A DNA stretch of 64,000 bases from Octopus vulgaris (GCA_951406725.2 OX597820.1:95852001-95916000); one strand, 5' to 3'. Numbered from the stretch's first letter, positions 27,663 to 42,685 are shown. Notes: a model not told the origin generated them from the letters alone. A program made the numbers and translations.

Positions 27663-29479
27663 TCTCTTATTGAGATTTTAACATGTATGTATTGAAAGAT
27701 TCTTTCATTTGAAAGTCATTTAACGGAGATATCAGGTCTAACCTTAAATAACTGTAAATAAAAGTTTTAAGATATAATAGAAATTATTAGGATTGGGAAA
27801 TGGAACAGATAATGTGAACTGAATATAATGATTTCCTCTTTGGTCAATAAAATTAATATCAGATAGACGTACATCTACTGTTTTAGATTATTCACTCAAG
27901 ACTACAAGAACAATGTTTATTTGTTGAAGAGAATCTGTTATTCTAAAAAGTGAATGGAAAATATATTGGATGTTTTTTTTCTTATTTAGTAACGTTCCGT
28001 CAATTACTGAAGTCAAACATTGCAGGGTTAAGTTGAGGAAGTATATTATGCTCCAGAAGTTGTGGCTTTCTGCCCAGCATAGGTATGGATATTTCGACAA
28101 GTGAGGTGGATTTTATGGCTCTGTAAATATTACAAAAGCACCTGTTAACCGGCACAAATATGCAAATATATTACGTATATAGCAGCGTAGAAAAAAAGTC
28201 TCATGTGACAATCATTTGGAACAGAATTCTGTAGGATTTAATTGAAAGTAACTGTAGAATATATGGTATTTTATGCAATGCAACCAGTTAGGATTTTGCT
28301 TGCATTTCCTAGTGCAGCTGAAAAAATACCCTTGCTATACTTTGTGCTTTTATTCATAATTGACAACAGCACAAAAAATGTTTGTGATTTATAGAATATT
28401 TTCTTTGAACGGCAATTAAGATAGAACGTCGCCTTACACACATTATAACATAAAGCAGCGAGGAAAAAGTCTACTGAGCTTAATAGCTGGTAGCATACTT
28501 TGCTACATAGTTAGAGTTACTCTGAAATGAAGGATAGGTAAGTGTTTCTAGCGAGACTTGTTTTGATATAGTTGTTAATTACATGCATTTATGATGAATC
28601 AATGTAATCTATAACATTTATATCTATGTTATAGAACATATACAACAAATATTCATTGTAGAAAGCTTTTATAAATCGTTGTTATTTAAAAAATCCTGTG
28701 TCTCATCCGACATTTTCTTGTATACTATACTATAGAACTAATTATAATGCTAAATTCTTCAGATAGCACTAGTTCCAAATATAAACATATTAAGATTTTG
28801 AAATAATTTGTCACTCTCAACAATTTCTCAGTGTCCTCAAACTGACAAGAACATATTTGATTCGTTTATGTCCAGTCGTATATCAACAACATTAGTAGAT
28901 TTCATGATATTCGAAACGTTTAATCCCTTGAGTTCAAAGTTTATTAAATGAAACTTAAAGTTGAAGCAGCACTGATAATTCAGAGAATTATGATTTAGAT
29001 TTAATGCGAATGTTGGAGTTCTGGAAGGGATACAAGTATTACATCCAATAAATCCTGTTTTGCCGTAACTGAGTTTACGTATTTAGATGAACGCAGTAAA
29101 ATAAAACAAAATAAAACTTAATCGCGTCTTCCATTTGTATAAATTCTGCTTTTGACAAGATTCTACGTCTTCCTGTCACCCATGTAATCGATTTTAAGTC
29201 ATTCTTCCACACGTTGTATTCAGTAGAGAATTCTCAGATAATTTTTATATACCCGTGCCAATATGAATTTGGGCCCCTACAGTAAAAATTCTTTCTACAA
29301 AATGGTTGATTCGACATCTTCCTGTCATTAATCCTGATTATAAATGTTTACTTTAATGGAAGAAATCATTCATTATTAATAACAAGAAACACACCACCTG
29401 ATGTTGCAGTACTGTTGGAATCAAAAATCTAACTGTTTCTTTCTTTCTCTCTCTTTCTCTCTCTCCCTCCCTCTCTCTC

Positions 29480-29524
<45 letters not shown>

Positions 29525-29704
29525 CTACTTCTTCCGCTTTTTCACCCCCACTATATATCTTGATTCAGGGTAGCATATTAAAAAATCAGTGTAGAAACAC
29601 CTATTTCTAATAAATATTGCCGCTTATTAGAAATTGACATCAGGCGTTTGTGTCCTGGTCTTTTTATATATATTAATCTTAATTTTATGTATATAAATCA
29701 TAGT

Positions 29705-29860
29705 GATTTCAAATTTTAACACAGAGCTAGCAGTTTTTGAGAGGAAGGGGAATTCGACTACATCGACACCAGCACTTAAGTGGTACTTATTTATCGATCC
29801 AGAAAGGACGAAAAGCAAAGTCGACTCAGCGGAATTTGAACTCACAACGTAAAGGCAGAT
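29705..29860 (-). mobile_element. SINE family A, decayed
   Basis: Reverse-complement core gcaaagtcgactcagcggaatttgaactc. Confidence 0.7.
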
Positions 29861-30099
29861 AACATGATTGATAGACTACCCAGTGGATTCGTAAGATGAC
29901 AAACAAAAGATCTATGTCCTTTTCATAGCTTATGACTTTGTTTTTGTTTACAACATATTTTTATAGGAAGAAGAGAAAGAACAAATCTTTAAAAGTATAA
30001 AAGATAAACTTAACAAGAAAGAATTTCATAACTACCATGCCAAGGAAACAAAGAAGAATAAAAAGGGGTTAAGCAGTAGAAGATGGTTGGGATAGAGTA

Positions 30100-31265
30100 T
30101 CGAGTTGTACTCTTCAGAACAAATGCCATGTTTAGCTGCGGTTAGAAGACATGGCTGCAAACGCGTTGCCGCAGAGAATGTCCAGCAAATCTCGCTGAAG
30201 CAGCCACCCAACTTTGTGGAGCTCATTTCTCGGATTGGCTATAGTTATTCCGAATTTGCGGAATCGGCAATGCGGGGTCTAAGAACACCTAAGGACTCGA
30301 CGGCAACCGACACAAACTGGTAGCAGCTGGTCAGGCTCCGGTATTTTAAAGATTTTTCTCTCCTCTGCGTGTCGAGCAGCAATACTCGGGTCTGCGGCCA
30401 AAGCAGCAAGGCTAGAACCTGAGAATCCCAGATATGCCTTCCTCACAAGAGAAGAGAAATTTTCCATTGAGGCGCTTACCATCACCACGATCAAGACCTA
30501 CTGGTTGTGACGGGTACACTACCACATCGAGTCTCCTAATTGTCATTCAGAGTGGCTAGTTTGCAAGATAATGGATTCAGGGTAAATTCATTGACTACCA
30601 CTCCTTAGCAGCATTTGTGAAGCTCACATACTCGATGACTGAGACATTGGAGTTCTCCGATAACAACGCGCCGCCGTTTTGCTGCGAAGTAGTCCTGGTT
30701 TAAGGATGTCTCAATCCTTCCAAAGGCAGACTTGCATCTAATGTCGTCCAAGCTGTGTTCGACATCTGAATTCTGGGAGATGGCAAGGCCTTTAACGGTT
30801 CAATTGGTTAGAGATGACTCCAGTTCCTTGGCTGCATCGGATTCAGTCATCCCAAGGAGTACCTCACCGATGTGAGTGGCCGTACAACCAGGTTCAATGC
30901 GAAACGAAGGCGAGGGCCACCGAATTTAACAGGTAGTTTGGCCTGTTGCAAGCTGGCGCGTTCAAAACTGACATTGCACATCAATTCAGCACAGGGCCGT
31001 CGATATCCTGAAGTGATCTGTGAGAGGATGACATGACGCACTGTATAGCAAGGAGAGAAGGATAGGCAGAACAAAAGAATTCCTCAGGATGAATAATGCT
31101 GAGTGAGCGTCAATAAGACACTAGCTCCGTCTCCAAGCTTTCTATTATGGCTTTCGGGAGGATTGGGAAGCCAAGAATGTAGACGGCGTCCTTTGGTATC
31201 GGCCGAGACACCCCGCCCCATGAAAACGAGCTAGAATTCAGCCTCACCAGAAATTCCTGCATCCG
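30100..31265 (-). mobile_element. CRE-clade-like non-LTR retrotransposon fragment
   Basis: Minus frames give IDAHSALFILRNSFVLP, QQAKLPVKFGG, AARHAEERK, FVSVAVESLG and LLQRDLLDILCGNA, which match CRE-type C-terminal motifs. Confidence 0.7.
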
Positions 31266-31279
31266 CATCTGAAGAAAGG

Positions 31280-31760
31280 ACAACTTCCTCCGAGTTTGTT
31301 GATTGATCTACATTATTTTTGGTTCTGTTCTTTTGTTTATTTGTTGTTGCTTTAGTCTGTGCTTTCAAACATGTTCTTGGCATCCAGTTCCAAATCTTCA
31401 TATTTATCCCGATATGATATCAGAAGTTTTTTCTAAAGACTTAATGAGATCTACTTCGTTATTCAGATCAACTTCAACTCTTTGAAAGGCTTTGTTGGCA
31501 TTGTTAAAACGTACAATGAAAATTTAGCATCTTAACTATTAGAACAGTTTCATGACCATCCATTCTCTCTCAATGTCTTGACAGTGTCACTAATTTCTCA
31601 AAAGTGATATATGTTACTGATTCTTCATTAACTTCTAAATTTTCTCTTTCTGAAACACAGAAAAATTCTGCAAGGCGTTGTGTCGTTGCCAATACAGTAA
31701 TTCTTTTATCACTTTTCTTTGGAAAATTTCCTGGAGACAGTTGAGTATTCGGTGGTATAT
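31280..31760 (-). mobile_element. Possible hAT transposase relic
   Basis: NKAFQRVEVDLNNEVDLIKSLEK resembles the hAT 'LQxxxxDLxxAxxLIxSL' helix; the rest is very decayed. Confidence 0.35.
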
Positions 31761-32329
31761 TGGATAATTTCCTTGAGTAAAAGCAAAGTAAAAATAATTT
31801 CAAAAATAAAAACAAACAAGAACTGATAACAGCCATATAAGCTCACTTCATTTAATCCAGCCACAGGAATACTAAGCCAAGTATTTTATATATATATATA
31901 TCTTTGTTACGCTTACGTCCGGCGCTGATAAGTAGGCCTGCAGCCACAGTAAATCAAATGTTAGTAGAAAAGAGTTCAGGTGATTAACAGCAGATCGATT
32001 ATTACAGATCAAGAATTTCGTTCCCCTTGAAATGCTTATTTTTAAAAAGTATGTTCCCTGGAAAAGAAAAAGCGTTATAACCGCTTCTCAAAAATGATAG
32101 GTCTCAAAAGGAATTGTGTATTTCATAGTCATGTTAAATTATTTGGCCTTAGTTTTGTTAATAAAAATAGTGTCTGCAGATATGATGGATCAAATCCTTT
32201 TGTGATAAGCTGAGTATTGTGAGTTATTTTGGATTGCAATTAGTGACGCCTATTCTACGGAATACCTAAAATACACAAAAATCTACATATTTCTAAAGCT
32301 TGCAAATATTCTCCAAGCCTATGCATTAA

Positions 32330-32930
32330 TGTTCCTCCCTCTTAGTGGGAAACTGGAAAAGATTCTTGGATGGCAGTTTTATATTCTGAAATAAAATAAG
32401 GAGGACCTTACAAAATTCCTCGAACTAATAAACTGCATTCATGGATCAATCCAATTCCCTATGGAAATGAGTGAAAGAGAACTCAGTTTCCTAGATATTT
32501 TAACAATCAAAGAAAATGAAATTATTACAACTGTTCTCTATCATAAAAACACGGACGCATACCAATAGACCTTGGATCTTGCCATCCTTCCCATTCTAAA
32601 AGAAACATACCTTTTGATATGACAAGACAATATGCACTATAGTTTCGGATACAAATAGACGACTTGCAGGACTTATTCCTTTAAAAAAAAATCCTTCCAA
32701 ACTAATAAACCAATCTATAACTAAAACTAAGGATGTCTCGTTATCTACCTTACGAAAAAGCAGTAACACTGAGGATAAACAAGAAAAAACATAAAAAATA
32801 TTCCATTTATTGTCACCCACAATTCTAGGAACCACAACATTCTCCAATCAGCCAAACGCGTCTTATCAATCCTACAGCAGTCCCCAAGTAAAGTATAATT
32901 TCTCCAAAAATAAAACAAAGAAAACATCTA
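32330..32930 (+). mobile_element. Penelope-like RT fragment
   Basis: KFLELINCIHGSIQFPMEMSERELSFLDI..TTVLYHKNTD..GSCHPSHSKRNIPF matches the PLE RT/thumb consensus. Confidence 0.8.
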
Positions 32931-32999
32931 ATTACTTAAATAGCCTTCAAGTTATAGGCGCCAATAATTGACATTTATAAACTAGGGAAGGTGCGGATG

Positions 33000-34200
33000 G
33001 TGATGATGTTGAGAGAGTCTAAGGACGTGGAAATCATGCGTAATCCACCAGATGTGAAAACAGCCAGGAAGTAGCCAGCAGAAGCAGACTGATGACATTC
33101 TGTCTTCTCTTAAACACCGAGATATGGTGAGTGCAACGCAAATTCATCTGAAGGAAAATGGTTTTGGCGCAGATCGGTTCACACCATTTGTAAGTATAAT
33201 GTGGAGCGAATTCAGATCTGTTGTTAGCAACAGCGTCAAAAGAAGGGAAGCAGAGAGAATAGAGCTTCATTTGATCCAATGCATTCAACAAGGTCAGATG
33301 ACGAGATGGGAGAAAGATGTTGCTGAAAGAAAAATAAGTTGGAATGAGACATGGAGATGGACCACATCTCAGCTAAGTTTTCTGATTCGTTTATCCTATG
33401 ATGTCTTGCCATCACCTGCAAATCTAGTAAGATAGAACGTCTCAGAGAATGATACATTCAAATACGGAAAGGTCGGAACACTGAAACATATTCTTTCCAA
33501 CTGTTCACTAGCATTGAATAGGTATACATGGAGACACAAACTTGTCGTTAAAGTAATCTTTATTGCTATAAAGAACCAAATTGATCTCAACAACAGTGAA
33601 AAAACCCATTGAAATACCGACTAGAGATTTCATTACCTTCGTGCGCTCAAGACAGCAGATATGTTCCATGAAGAAGAAACTTCCGGAGAGCGATGAAAAG
33701 TGGAACGGCTATTGGGAGGTAGCTGCAGATTTACCAGGTTTCCAGGGAATTTTTCCCATCCCAGTTGCGAAAAACCGGATATTTTAATGTGGCGTGAAAG
33801 AAAAATTGACCGTTATGTAAACGTCCCCGAGGAATGTGAAGTCGGATGTTAGAGGATTTGTTGGACACAGGGTGAGGTGGCTGTTCTTACCATTAAGCCT
33901 AACTTATCGTAAAGTAGATACCACCATGACCGATATCCGAATTACTGTGGAAAAGGTTAGCGACTGGATTTGGTTAAAAAGAGACGACGAGCGATAGCTA
34001 GAAGAATATTGAGCTTTATTTCATAACCAGTTGTTCTAGGAAGCGGGATCTCATATCAGTGTGGAGGTTAGAGTTATTGACGCCGTCGAGAGGTAGGCTC
34101 CTAAATGGCGCGCATTCTCTCTTGATGACCCATAAACTTGCTGGCATCCGGAATGCGGAGCTTTCGACTGGTAGCACTTGCACGTGCAACTTGTTTACAA
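33000..34200 (+). mobile_element. Hero-clade-like (RLE) non-LTR retrotransposon 3' fragment
   Basis: QQGQMTRWE..RKISW..SFLIRLSYDVLPSPANL..GTLKHILSNCSLALNRYTWRH and ..EVGCRGF-like..WIWLKR motifs. Confidence 0.75.
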
Positions 34201-35364
34201 AACATCTAGTGAAACATTTCATTTATTTACCTACTTTCCTTACATTTGCACAAACATTTTAACTACTCATGTTACAAAATATCATGGCAGTTATCACTTT
34301 ATTTTCATATATTAAAATAATTTAAAATTTATTTACAGTGAAAATAATTTGGGTGAAAGATGGTTTATCAGTATTCAATGGCTTAGCTTATTTGAATATT
34401 TCATTTAATTGGCAACTCAAATATTATTTTAGTTGCAATATTTTAAGCTTTTTTTTAAAATTTGAAGTTTACTTCTTGTCCCGTATTTTCTCAGGTTTAT
34501 CAAATACTTAAGAATATTGTTATCCTTTGCTCGCATTTTCCATTCTAGCCTACTTTTGTTTTACAAGTAATGCAGAACTATTCATAATTTTTATTCTAAT
34601 GATATAGTTAGCTTACTTTATCATATTATTTCATTTCTTATTGATCAATAATTCATGCCTATTCATTTTTGTTAGAAATTCTAAATTGAATAGCGCTTCC
34701 TTTACATTGGAGTATTATGAAATCTGCCTATTTAGAATTAATGTTTTAATTAATATTTGTCAGAAATAACAATTCTTAAAAAGAAAGCAATAATATGAAA
34801 ATATAATGCATTAACTATGAACAATGGGGAATCAAATTAATTAGAAAAGGTCGACTAAAAAACACAACAATTATAGACTGGATTTTCTGTTTGCCTTGTA
34901 TTGGCAAGTTGTCATTTAAGTATCTTTAAGTGCAGCACATATATTTACAACAAGCAATTTTTGAAAGCCGCATATTATTGGGTTAGAAAGAAACGATACA
35001 TCTAGTGGAGATCTTTCATTTGAACACAAATAAAGTATAGTTTGGGTTGTAACGTAATTTGTTACGTACAATAAGATAACCAGGCAACAGTAACAACAAC
35101 GTAACGAACTAACAAAGATCTATTTTCTGGTTCAAGTTTTCCTATCACATTCCTGCAACTGTTGTGTAATCTTTTCTTTGACTTCAAGGAAAGATTTGGT
35201 CTCCCCTACAAAGTTTTGACGAACATTTTGCAATTCTGTCTCGACATGACATCTCTTTCGGAACGTTCCAATTCTTTACGCAGCGCTGGTGCCATGCTCC
35301 GTGCCGGTTACTCGATTGGGCGATGATCTCCTGTGACAATATGACAAAATTAACAAACTAAAGG

Positions 35365-35413
<49 letters not shown>

Positions 35414-36508
35414 TCACTTCGTCTTTTTAATGCAGAAGAAAAGTTGATCGGCTCCCTGTTTGGTAGCAAGTCTGTGAAAAATAAAAGCATCTTGTTTTGG
35501 TCATCATCCCTTAAATCTTAAGAAAGTCTTGCAGATTATTAGAGTCCCAGAAATACAGGCAGATAGAGGAATCATCATTAGTGCTGTCTGTGAAGCAGAA
35601 AACTAGAACATGTAGAACTTTTCTTTCCTAAGATTACAAATTCTTGAGTAGAAAATTTGTTGCTTGGTACGTATAATTAAATCGTTCTCGGATCATAAGT
35701 TAGGTAAAATTACTTTAAAATTAATACCTCCCTTCCAGCATTTAAGTTTACGATTAAAAATAGTAATTGATCAGATGTATTCACTTTAATAAGTCTTCCT
35801 TCCTTCGGTAAATAATTGTACTTTAAATATTACACATTACTAGGTCAACAGATAAGCAGAAGAATTGGCATTGTTTCTTCGGGTCCTCGTCCGTCATAAC
35901 CTGCACCACAATCTACATCGCTCTTACACGAACATACGTATGGAAGATATAGAACTGCAGCGATTGGCTCGAAAAAGAAACTAAAATAGAATATATGAAA
36001 CAGAGAAGCTCAGAAAACAGTCATACTTATTTAGCACTTTTTCAAATTTAGAACGTGTTACTACAAATCAGGAAATCCAAGAGGTTCTCTCATAAAGATT
36101 TTACACTACAATTCAATGCTTGGCGTGGAGAAAAACGACGTGCTGTGAAACATTAATATGAACATACGCGAAAGAAAACAGAAGTGAGAGTTGAGAAGAA
36201 AAAAATGTCAATAAAGGCAAAACAAATCACAAAGCTGTAAGAAGTGAAGTGATGAATTATTAAAAGACTGCAAAGAGAAAGGTATGTGAAGCACAAGAGA
36301 GAAGGTTAATTACTTGAGATAGATCTACGGTTATTATTACTGTAGAAAATAGCATGAACACAACACACAAAAAAAATATAAATCTTATTAAGCCGAAAGA
36401 ATCGCAGGAGTCTGAAATAATACTCAACAAAAATACGTCTTCAGATGAAAATTACGGCGTCTGTCATTTTGATGTTCGAATAATCAGTTTCGTAGTGCTA
36501 AATATGAA

Positions 36509-36812
36509 GGTGCATGGCTCAGTGGTAAAATTGTTAGGCTCACAATCATGAGGTGGTGGGTTCGATTTCTGGACCGGGATATGTTGCGTTCTTGAACAAG
36601 ACGGGTTATTTCCTGTTGCTCCAGTTCACTCAGTTGTAGATATGAGTTGCAACGTCACTAGTACCAAGCTTTATCGGTCTTTGCCTTCCCCTTGGACAAC
36701 ATCGGTAGCGTGGAGAGGGGAGACTTGTATGCATGGGCGACTGCTGGTCTTCCATAAACAACCTTGCTCGGTCTTGTGCCTTGTAGAGGAACTTTCTTGG
36801 TACAATCCCATA
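36509..36812 (+). mobile_element. tRNA-derived SINE, further family
   Basis: ggtgcatggctcagtggt..gggttcgatttc A/B boxes; a related decayed copy lies at ~19330-19560. Confidence 0.6.
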
Positions 36813-39022
36813 ATCAAACACTTCTTAAGTTACTCTGCATAAAATGTTTGGAAAAATCGAAAGTGAAGAATTTATCAAGTAACAGAACTTAATATTCCAA
36901 AGCCAGTGGTCACTATATTGTTTCAGAGACAGAAACCGAGACAAAAGATGCAAAAATTTCTTATCTGTGGATGAGATTGCAATGACTGCTGGCTATAAAC
37001 AGCTTTTTGGGCATTTCTCCAGTTGTACTCCTGAAGTCAAGAAATTCATGTCATCAATTTAAAATTAATGCCTAACGTATTCAAAATTTTTGTGGAGAAC
37101 CAGAATGACAAGTGAGACAGTACATTAATCTCGAACTGATTATTAGCACTAGTCACACCAACATTAGTATGTTTCGATCTATGGCTGCTCAAACAATAGT
37201 AAAAAGAAAATACAGCCCTCTTCTGTAAAGTTGAAAATTATCTCAGAAATGACTTGTCGCTTCCTGTGGTTCAAACAAATAATTTCAATTATAAGCGGTA
37301 TCTTACGGTTTAAACGATATCGAAGACTTGATTTTTTAACTATTGTCGCTGATGATGCGGCAACTCCCTTAATTCGTAGCGCTATTTTGATACCACAATT
37401 ACAAAAATCTACAAAGAACTTGAGAAAGCACAAACATGGTGTCACAGCTATGATAAGAGAATTTCATTATTCTGACACGCAGTTATTTCTAGGTTGAATT
37501 CAGAGGCAATTACTCCTGGAAGATCAGATATTCCGGCTATAATATTAAATATAACATTATCATTTCTGAAAAGGCATATCAGTATTCCATCAATTCCAGA
37601 AACGGAGATTGCGTTATGGGAATATCCTGATCATGTTGGCAGAAAAAGATAAAATTTAATGACAGATAATATGTGCAAATAATATGTGCAAAAACGATAC
37701 ACTAATAAAAAGTCTTGCGAAAAATTAAGATGTACTCTATCATTATGAATGGAAGATAACAGTTATAGTAATGTTTCTTTAAGGATTTTAAAAAGTATAT
37801 TGAGGCGAAAACGGACGGATTTTCAATATATGTAAGGCAGCCAAAGTATGATGATGACAGTTCGTCTGTCAAATTCGACGATGACCTCGCAACTGCCAAA
37901 TAAATAAATAAAAAAAGAAGAGAGGAGAAATAAAGAAGAATGCAGAAGCTGCTTCACATATCATGTTCATCCATTGATGATCAATGAAGACAATGACTTC
38001 AACCCTACGGCACAACTTCAAGGGAAGTATCTTCGCAAGCAACAAGAGGACCACAAATGCTCTTGTCTAAACTACACCATTAGTACGCTTGACTCAAGGG
38101 AAGTGTCGGCATTTCATTATCGTGAATGTGTGATATCCATCTTTAGTGAAATATCCACTTTCTCTGGGTCATGAACAACCAATGAATGCCAAGACTTATT
38201 ACGCAGTACTTGAATAAGGGGCGTTGTCATGTAGTGGGGGTAGGGAAACCACGGATGCTTTTGGTTATACTACATATTTCATGCAAATGAAACTGCGGAC
38301 GTGCCGGCATTTCATCGTCGTAGTTGTGCAGAACATCCCATGACCCAACACAAAACTAATTTAGTCTTAGTTGGAGATCTGTCAGTCAAATGCCGTATAG
38401 TCTTACTCGCTAGACTAATATAAGTTGGTTTTAAATGAGAAAGAGCTGCACTCATTCTCACACAATAAGCTCACACTCAGACTCACGTGTCGGCACATAA
38501 TAAACTCAGTGGCAAGGATAAAATGAAGACAACAGAGTTTGTACAACAAGTTTACCAAAATGAGTGAAGGGATTTCCAAGCTTCACAGCAACGTTTAACT
38601 TGGTATGTGTCCAACACATGGAATATCATTCCGGATGTTCGTCCCATATCATGGCTTCTGGTTCCTCCTTACCAGTTACCTTCAATGGCCACCAACTTTA
38701 AAGCTCTGGAGATGATTACTACTTATTAATTCTCTGTCTAATTTGAAAGAAATAAAAATACGCCACACAATTTTAATGTACACATATATACATTCTTCAA
38801 TGAACATTGACTCCCTGTTTTCATATGTCCTTTGACATCCCAAATCACCCAACTCTCCAGGATATCTAAAATTCTCCTTACTAGGCAACCTTGTGGCGCA
38901 AGGAGGCTTAATCGCCACCTCTCCGATCTTGCAACAGGTGGTACAGAGTTACAGGTTACCGGAAATATTCTGACGTTAAGCATTAAACAGGTTTTAGCTA
39001 CTTTTTTACAACAACAAAACTA

Positions 39023-39076
39023 TTCTCTCATTCACCCGTGTTCTCTCATTCACCCGTGTTTTCTCATTCACCCGTG
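39023..39076. repeat. 3 x 18-bp tandem repeat ttctctcattcacccgtg
   Basis: Read directly. Confidence 0.9.
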
Positions 39077-39260
39077 TATTAAAAATTTCTTTTTTATGTT
39101 CGTTAATGTTTCATGCTTTCTGAAAATCTTAACAAACAGTTTTTATTTGAAATTTTTGTCTTACTGCAAATATTATAAATATTACTGTGAACCATTGGAA
39201 TGCGATTCGTCTTATTCTGTTTAATTTAACTTAATTATACTCGTTTAAAATTATCATATT

Positions 39261-39680
39261 GGAACGGCTGTGTGGCAAGTAGCTTGGTATCCAACCACAT
39301 AGATCCGGGTTCAGTCCCACTGCGTGGCACCTTGGGCTAGCGTCTCCTACTATAGCCTCGGGCCGACCAAAGCCTTGTGAGTGGATTTGGCAGACGGAAA
39401 CTGAAAGAAGCCCGTCGTCTATATATATATTTATGTTTGTGTGTGTGTGTGTGTGTATTTATATGTTTGTGTGTCAGTGTTTGTCCCTCCAACATCGTTT
39501 GACAACCGATGCTGGTGTGTTTACTTCCCCTTTTATTAGCGGTTCGGCAAGAGAGACCGAACGAAAAACTACTAGGCTTACAAAGAAGTCCTGGGGGGAA
39601 TTTTCTCGACTAAAGGCGGTGCTCCAGTGTGGCTACGGTCAAATGACTGAAGCAAATAGACGAATAAAGATATAAAGAAT
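39261..39680 (+). mobile_element. SINE family B (tRNA head, CORE-like ccttgggc, internal TA/TG microsatellite)
   Basis: ggctgtgtgg.aagtagctt..ccgggttcagtcccactgcgtggcaccttggg..ggaaactgaaagaagcccgtcg..ggtgctccag..aaatgactgaa. Confidence 0.85.
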
Positions 39681-39855
39681 ATTGTTTTTCATCAATGATC
39701 AATGCCTGTCCAATCAGTTATAAATGCCTTTTTGATAATTCACCAAATGAACATCACAACACCATTTATTAACATGTATTAGTCACTGTGTTGTTTCACA
39801 GGTTTATTTCTGTTATGTGAAACTCAGAGTAGCAGTTTGGGAGGCATTTCACCTT

Positions 39856-39948
<93 letters not shown>

Positions 39949-42209
39949 TGCGCGCAAGCATGCAGTGGTGTAGGTATATATGTATTTCTTTACACATATA
40001 CACACTTGTGTAAATCAGTAGTCAGCGATGTAAAAACCAAGAATTCGTGGTCTGATAGAACTATACCAAGCACATACATATTCAACGCCAAAGAATCTGA
40101 ACTCTTCCATACTAGAATATTACTGAGTGTGAAGGGGAGACTCTATCGTTGTATTTTTGCAAATAGTGTGTACAATAGTTATCTACGTAGATTTTAGAGA
40201 AGATTTTGAATAAGCAAAAGTAATGAATGGGGTTAAACGTATAAATGTTCCTTCCCGTATTTCTTCTCTAATCAGACATTTGATGTTTTGTTTTGATGTG
40301 TTCAGTAAGTATTCCAAACAACCCGTAAACTGAAAATTCATGGGAAACAATGTAAAATGCTTGAAAACTATTGAAAATAATGTATTAAAGCATGGCCTAA
40401 AAGATTCGTTATTGAGATAGCTGATCACAAAATTGTCTTTCAATCAAGAATAAAAAATATAATGTCTACCCAAATCTGCTGAAGTTAAAGCACAAATCAG
40501 GAGGATTTAATTTTTGAATGTATTATCACTTCTGTCATTTTAGACATGACTGTTTAGAGGATTTCTTCATTGATATAGAAAGATTTCACAAGAAGCATCT
40601 CTACAATATCGCAACAATAAATCCATAACCAGGTCTTTCTACACTTGATGAATAAATTAACACTGGAAACCTCTCAATCTGTCTCTGTTATAACATGCTA
40701 CAAGTTTGCAAGTTTGTTGGAATAGTAGATTAAATATTATAATTCAATTTTCCTTTCAATATGAGGATTATCACTTATTTTGATTCGTGATTCTCAGTGT
40801 CTTGTTTGACTTTGGCAGCAAAATTTATAAACTACTCATTTTAAATGTTTCAGATCAGTTTTCTAAGGTTTGTGAAGAATACAGATTTCCTTACAAATTT
40901 ATGATTCACCGCATTATTCACTATATTTCTTGATCAATATATTATGTTAATTCTGCAATTTAGCTAACTCCAGCATCACAGATTTGTTTTCGAAGAGACT
41001 ATTTTCTCATTGCCGCAATTATAAAAATATAAAGAGAGCCTGCACTTGAAAGGTGATGTACTCTACGATAGTATTTAATGCGATAGCAAGCTAATATTTA
41101 ACGAAGAGTAACCAAAGAAAGAGTAAATTAGCATCACTTTGTTGTGTATATGTATCCACAACAGGAAGCAATAATAATTAGAGGTAATTAATACATTCGT
41201 GGGATACCAATTAGAAAATAATTCTCGTTCGAAAATAAAGGATGTGCACTCGATTAGAATATGTCGTCCTGCTTACACGAATGCAGTGAACAAAGACATG
41301 TGTCTTGATAATTAATTAATAGCAAATCTTCTAAATTTATACGCACCTAATTGGTTTATATCACAGCAGATTATCATCAGAAACTGTGACAAAATTCATG
41401 GTAAACATGCAGATTTTTAGTACGAACGGAAGTAAAAGGTTCCGCACACCACAGGTACATTATCTATCACCACCCACTAAAAATAAAAATGGGAATATTA
41501 AATATCTCTGAAAGCTGCGGACTCTTACAGTTCATTATTAATGTGTAGTCGATCAGATTGAGTATTGTGTATTTTGCATAATGCATACTTGAAGGAAATA
41601 TTTGGGTAAGTGAGAAATTCGAGTATTAATATCAGCAAGATTCCACGACTACAATTCAAGCCGTAGTCTTTAGAGACTTTTCGTAGGAAAAGCTTTAGTA
41701 AGCAACTAATGAGGTACTAAATCAAATGGCAGGTTCTTCTGTTCATCTCACCGCAGAGAAAATACAAAAATGTGCTCTGCGTGATGAGTGAAGTGTGAAT
41801 TCCCTAATAAAAACGCAGCAGCTGCAATCCACGCCCAGCTGCTGGGACTCCTGGCCTTGATATACCACTTTTCCCACGGTTGGATGGATTTGATCTGGTT
41901 ATTAAATTTAAGAAAACGAGCGCTCTGGAACAGGTTACAAAAGCAATATAGCTCAACACCATCGACAACTACAAGATGGATGTCGTACTTAAATTTACTT
42001 AACTCAGATTACCACTCCTTGGATATAGAGAATGACAAAAGGGTGAGATCGGGAAGGCAGTTTCAACTTTCAACGTCTCACGTCTCAAATGTGGACAAAC
42101 ACAGCTTGGTAGTTGTAAAAATATTCATACATATATGTGAATGTTCAGAACACATTCACTAAACTTTAAGTATTATTACACGTGCACACATAAAGATACA
42201 CAAACACAC

Positions 42210-42246
<37 letters not shown>

Positions 42247-42279
42247 GACACACACACACTCATGTATGGATATATTTTT

Positions 42280-42482
42280 TTACTTGTTTCAGTCATTTGA
42301 CTGCGGCCATGCTGGAGCACCACCTTTAGTCGAGCAAATCGACCCCAAGACTTATTCTTTGTAAGTCCAGTACTTATTCTATCGGTCCCCGCTAAGTGAC
42401 AGGGACGTAAACACACCAGCATCGGCTGTCAAGCAATGCTAGGGAGACAAACACAGACACACAAACACATACACACAAATAC

Positions 42483-42515
<33 letters not shown>

Positions 42516-42685
42516 TATATACGACAGGCTTCTTTCAGTTTCCGTCTACCAAATTCACTCACAAGGCATTGGTCGGCCCGGGGCTATAGCAGAAGACACT
42601 TGTCCAAGATGCCACGCAGTGGGATTGAACCCGGAACCATGTAGTTGGTCAGCAAGCTACTTACCACACAGCCACTCCTGCGCCT
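42280..42685 (-). mobile_element. SINE family B
   Basis: Near-identical reverse complement of 50503-50897. Confidence 0.88.

Noticed and set aside
35184-35330. Possible minus-strand exon after a good acceptor (ttgtcacag), with a Cys-containing frame EIIAQ..CRGDQIFP*
   Set aside because: That frame is incompatible with the phase-2 LRR exons, the compatible frame stops after ~18 codons, and I recognise no homology.
35880-35960. Minus frame CSCKSDVDCGAG resembling an LRRNT cap
   Set aside because: It lies downstream of the first LRR exon, which is the wrong position for an N-cap, and the frame soon closes.
38200-38960. Possible LTR retrotransposon relic (aataaa..tggca PBS-like)
   Set aside because: I could not identify a paired LTR or any gag/pol motif.
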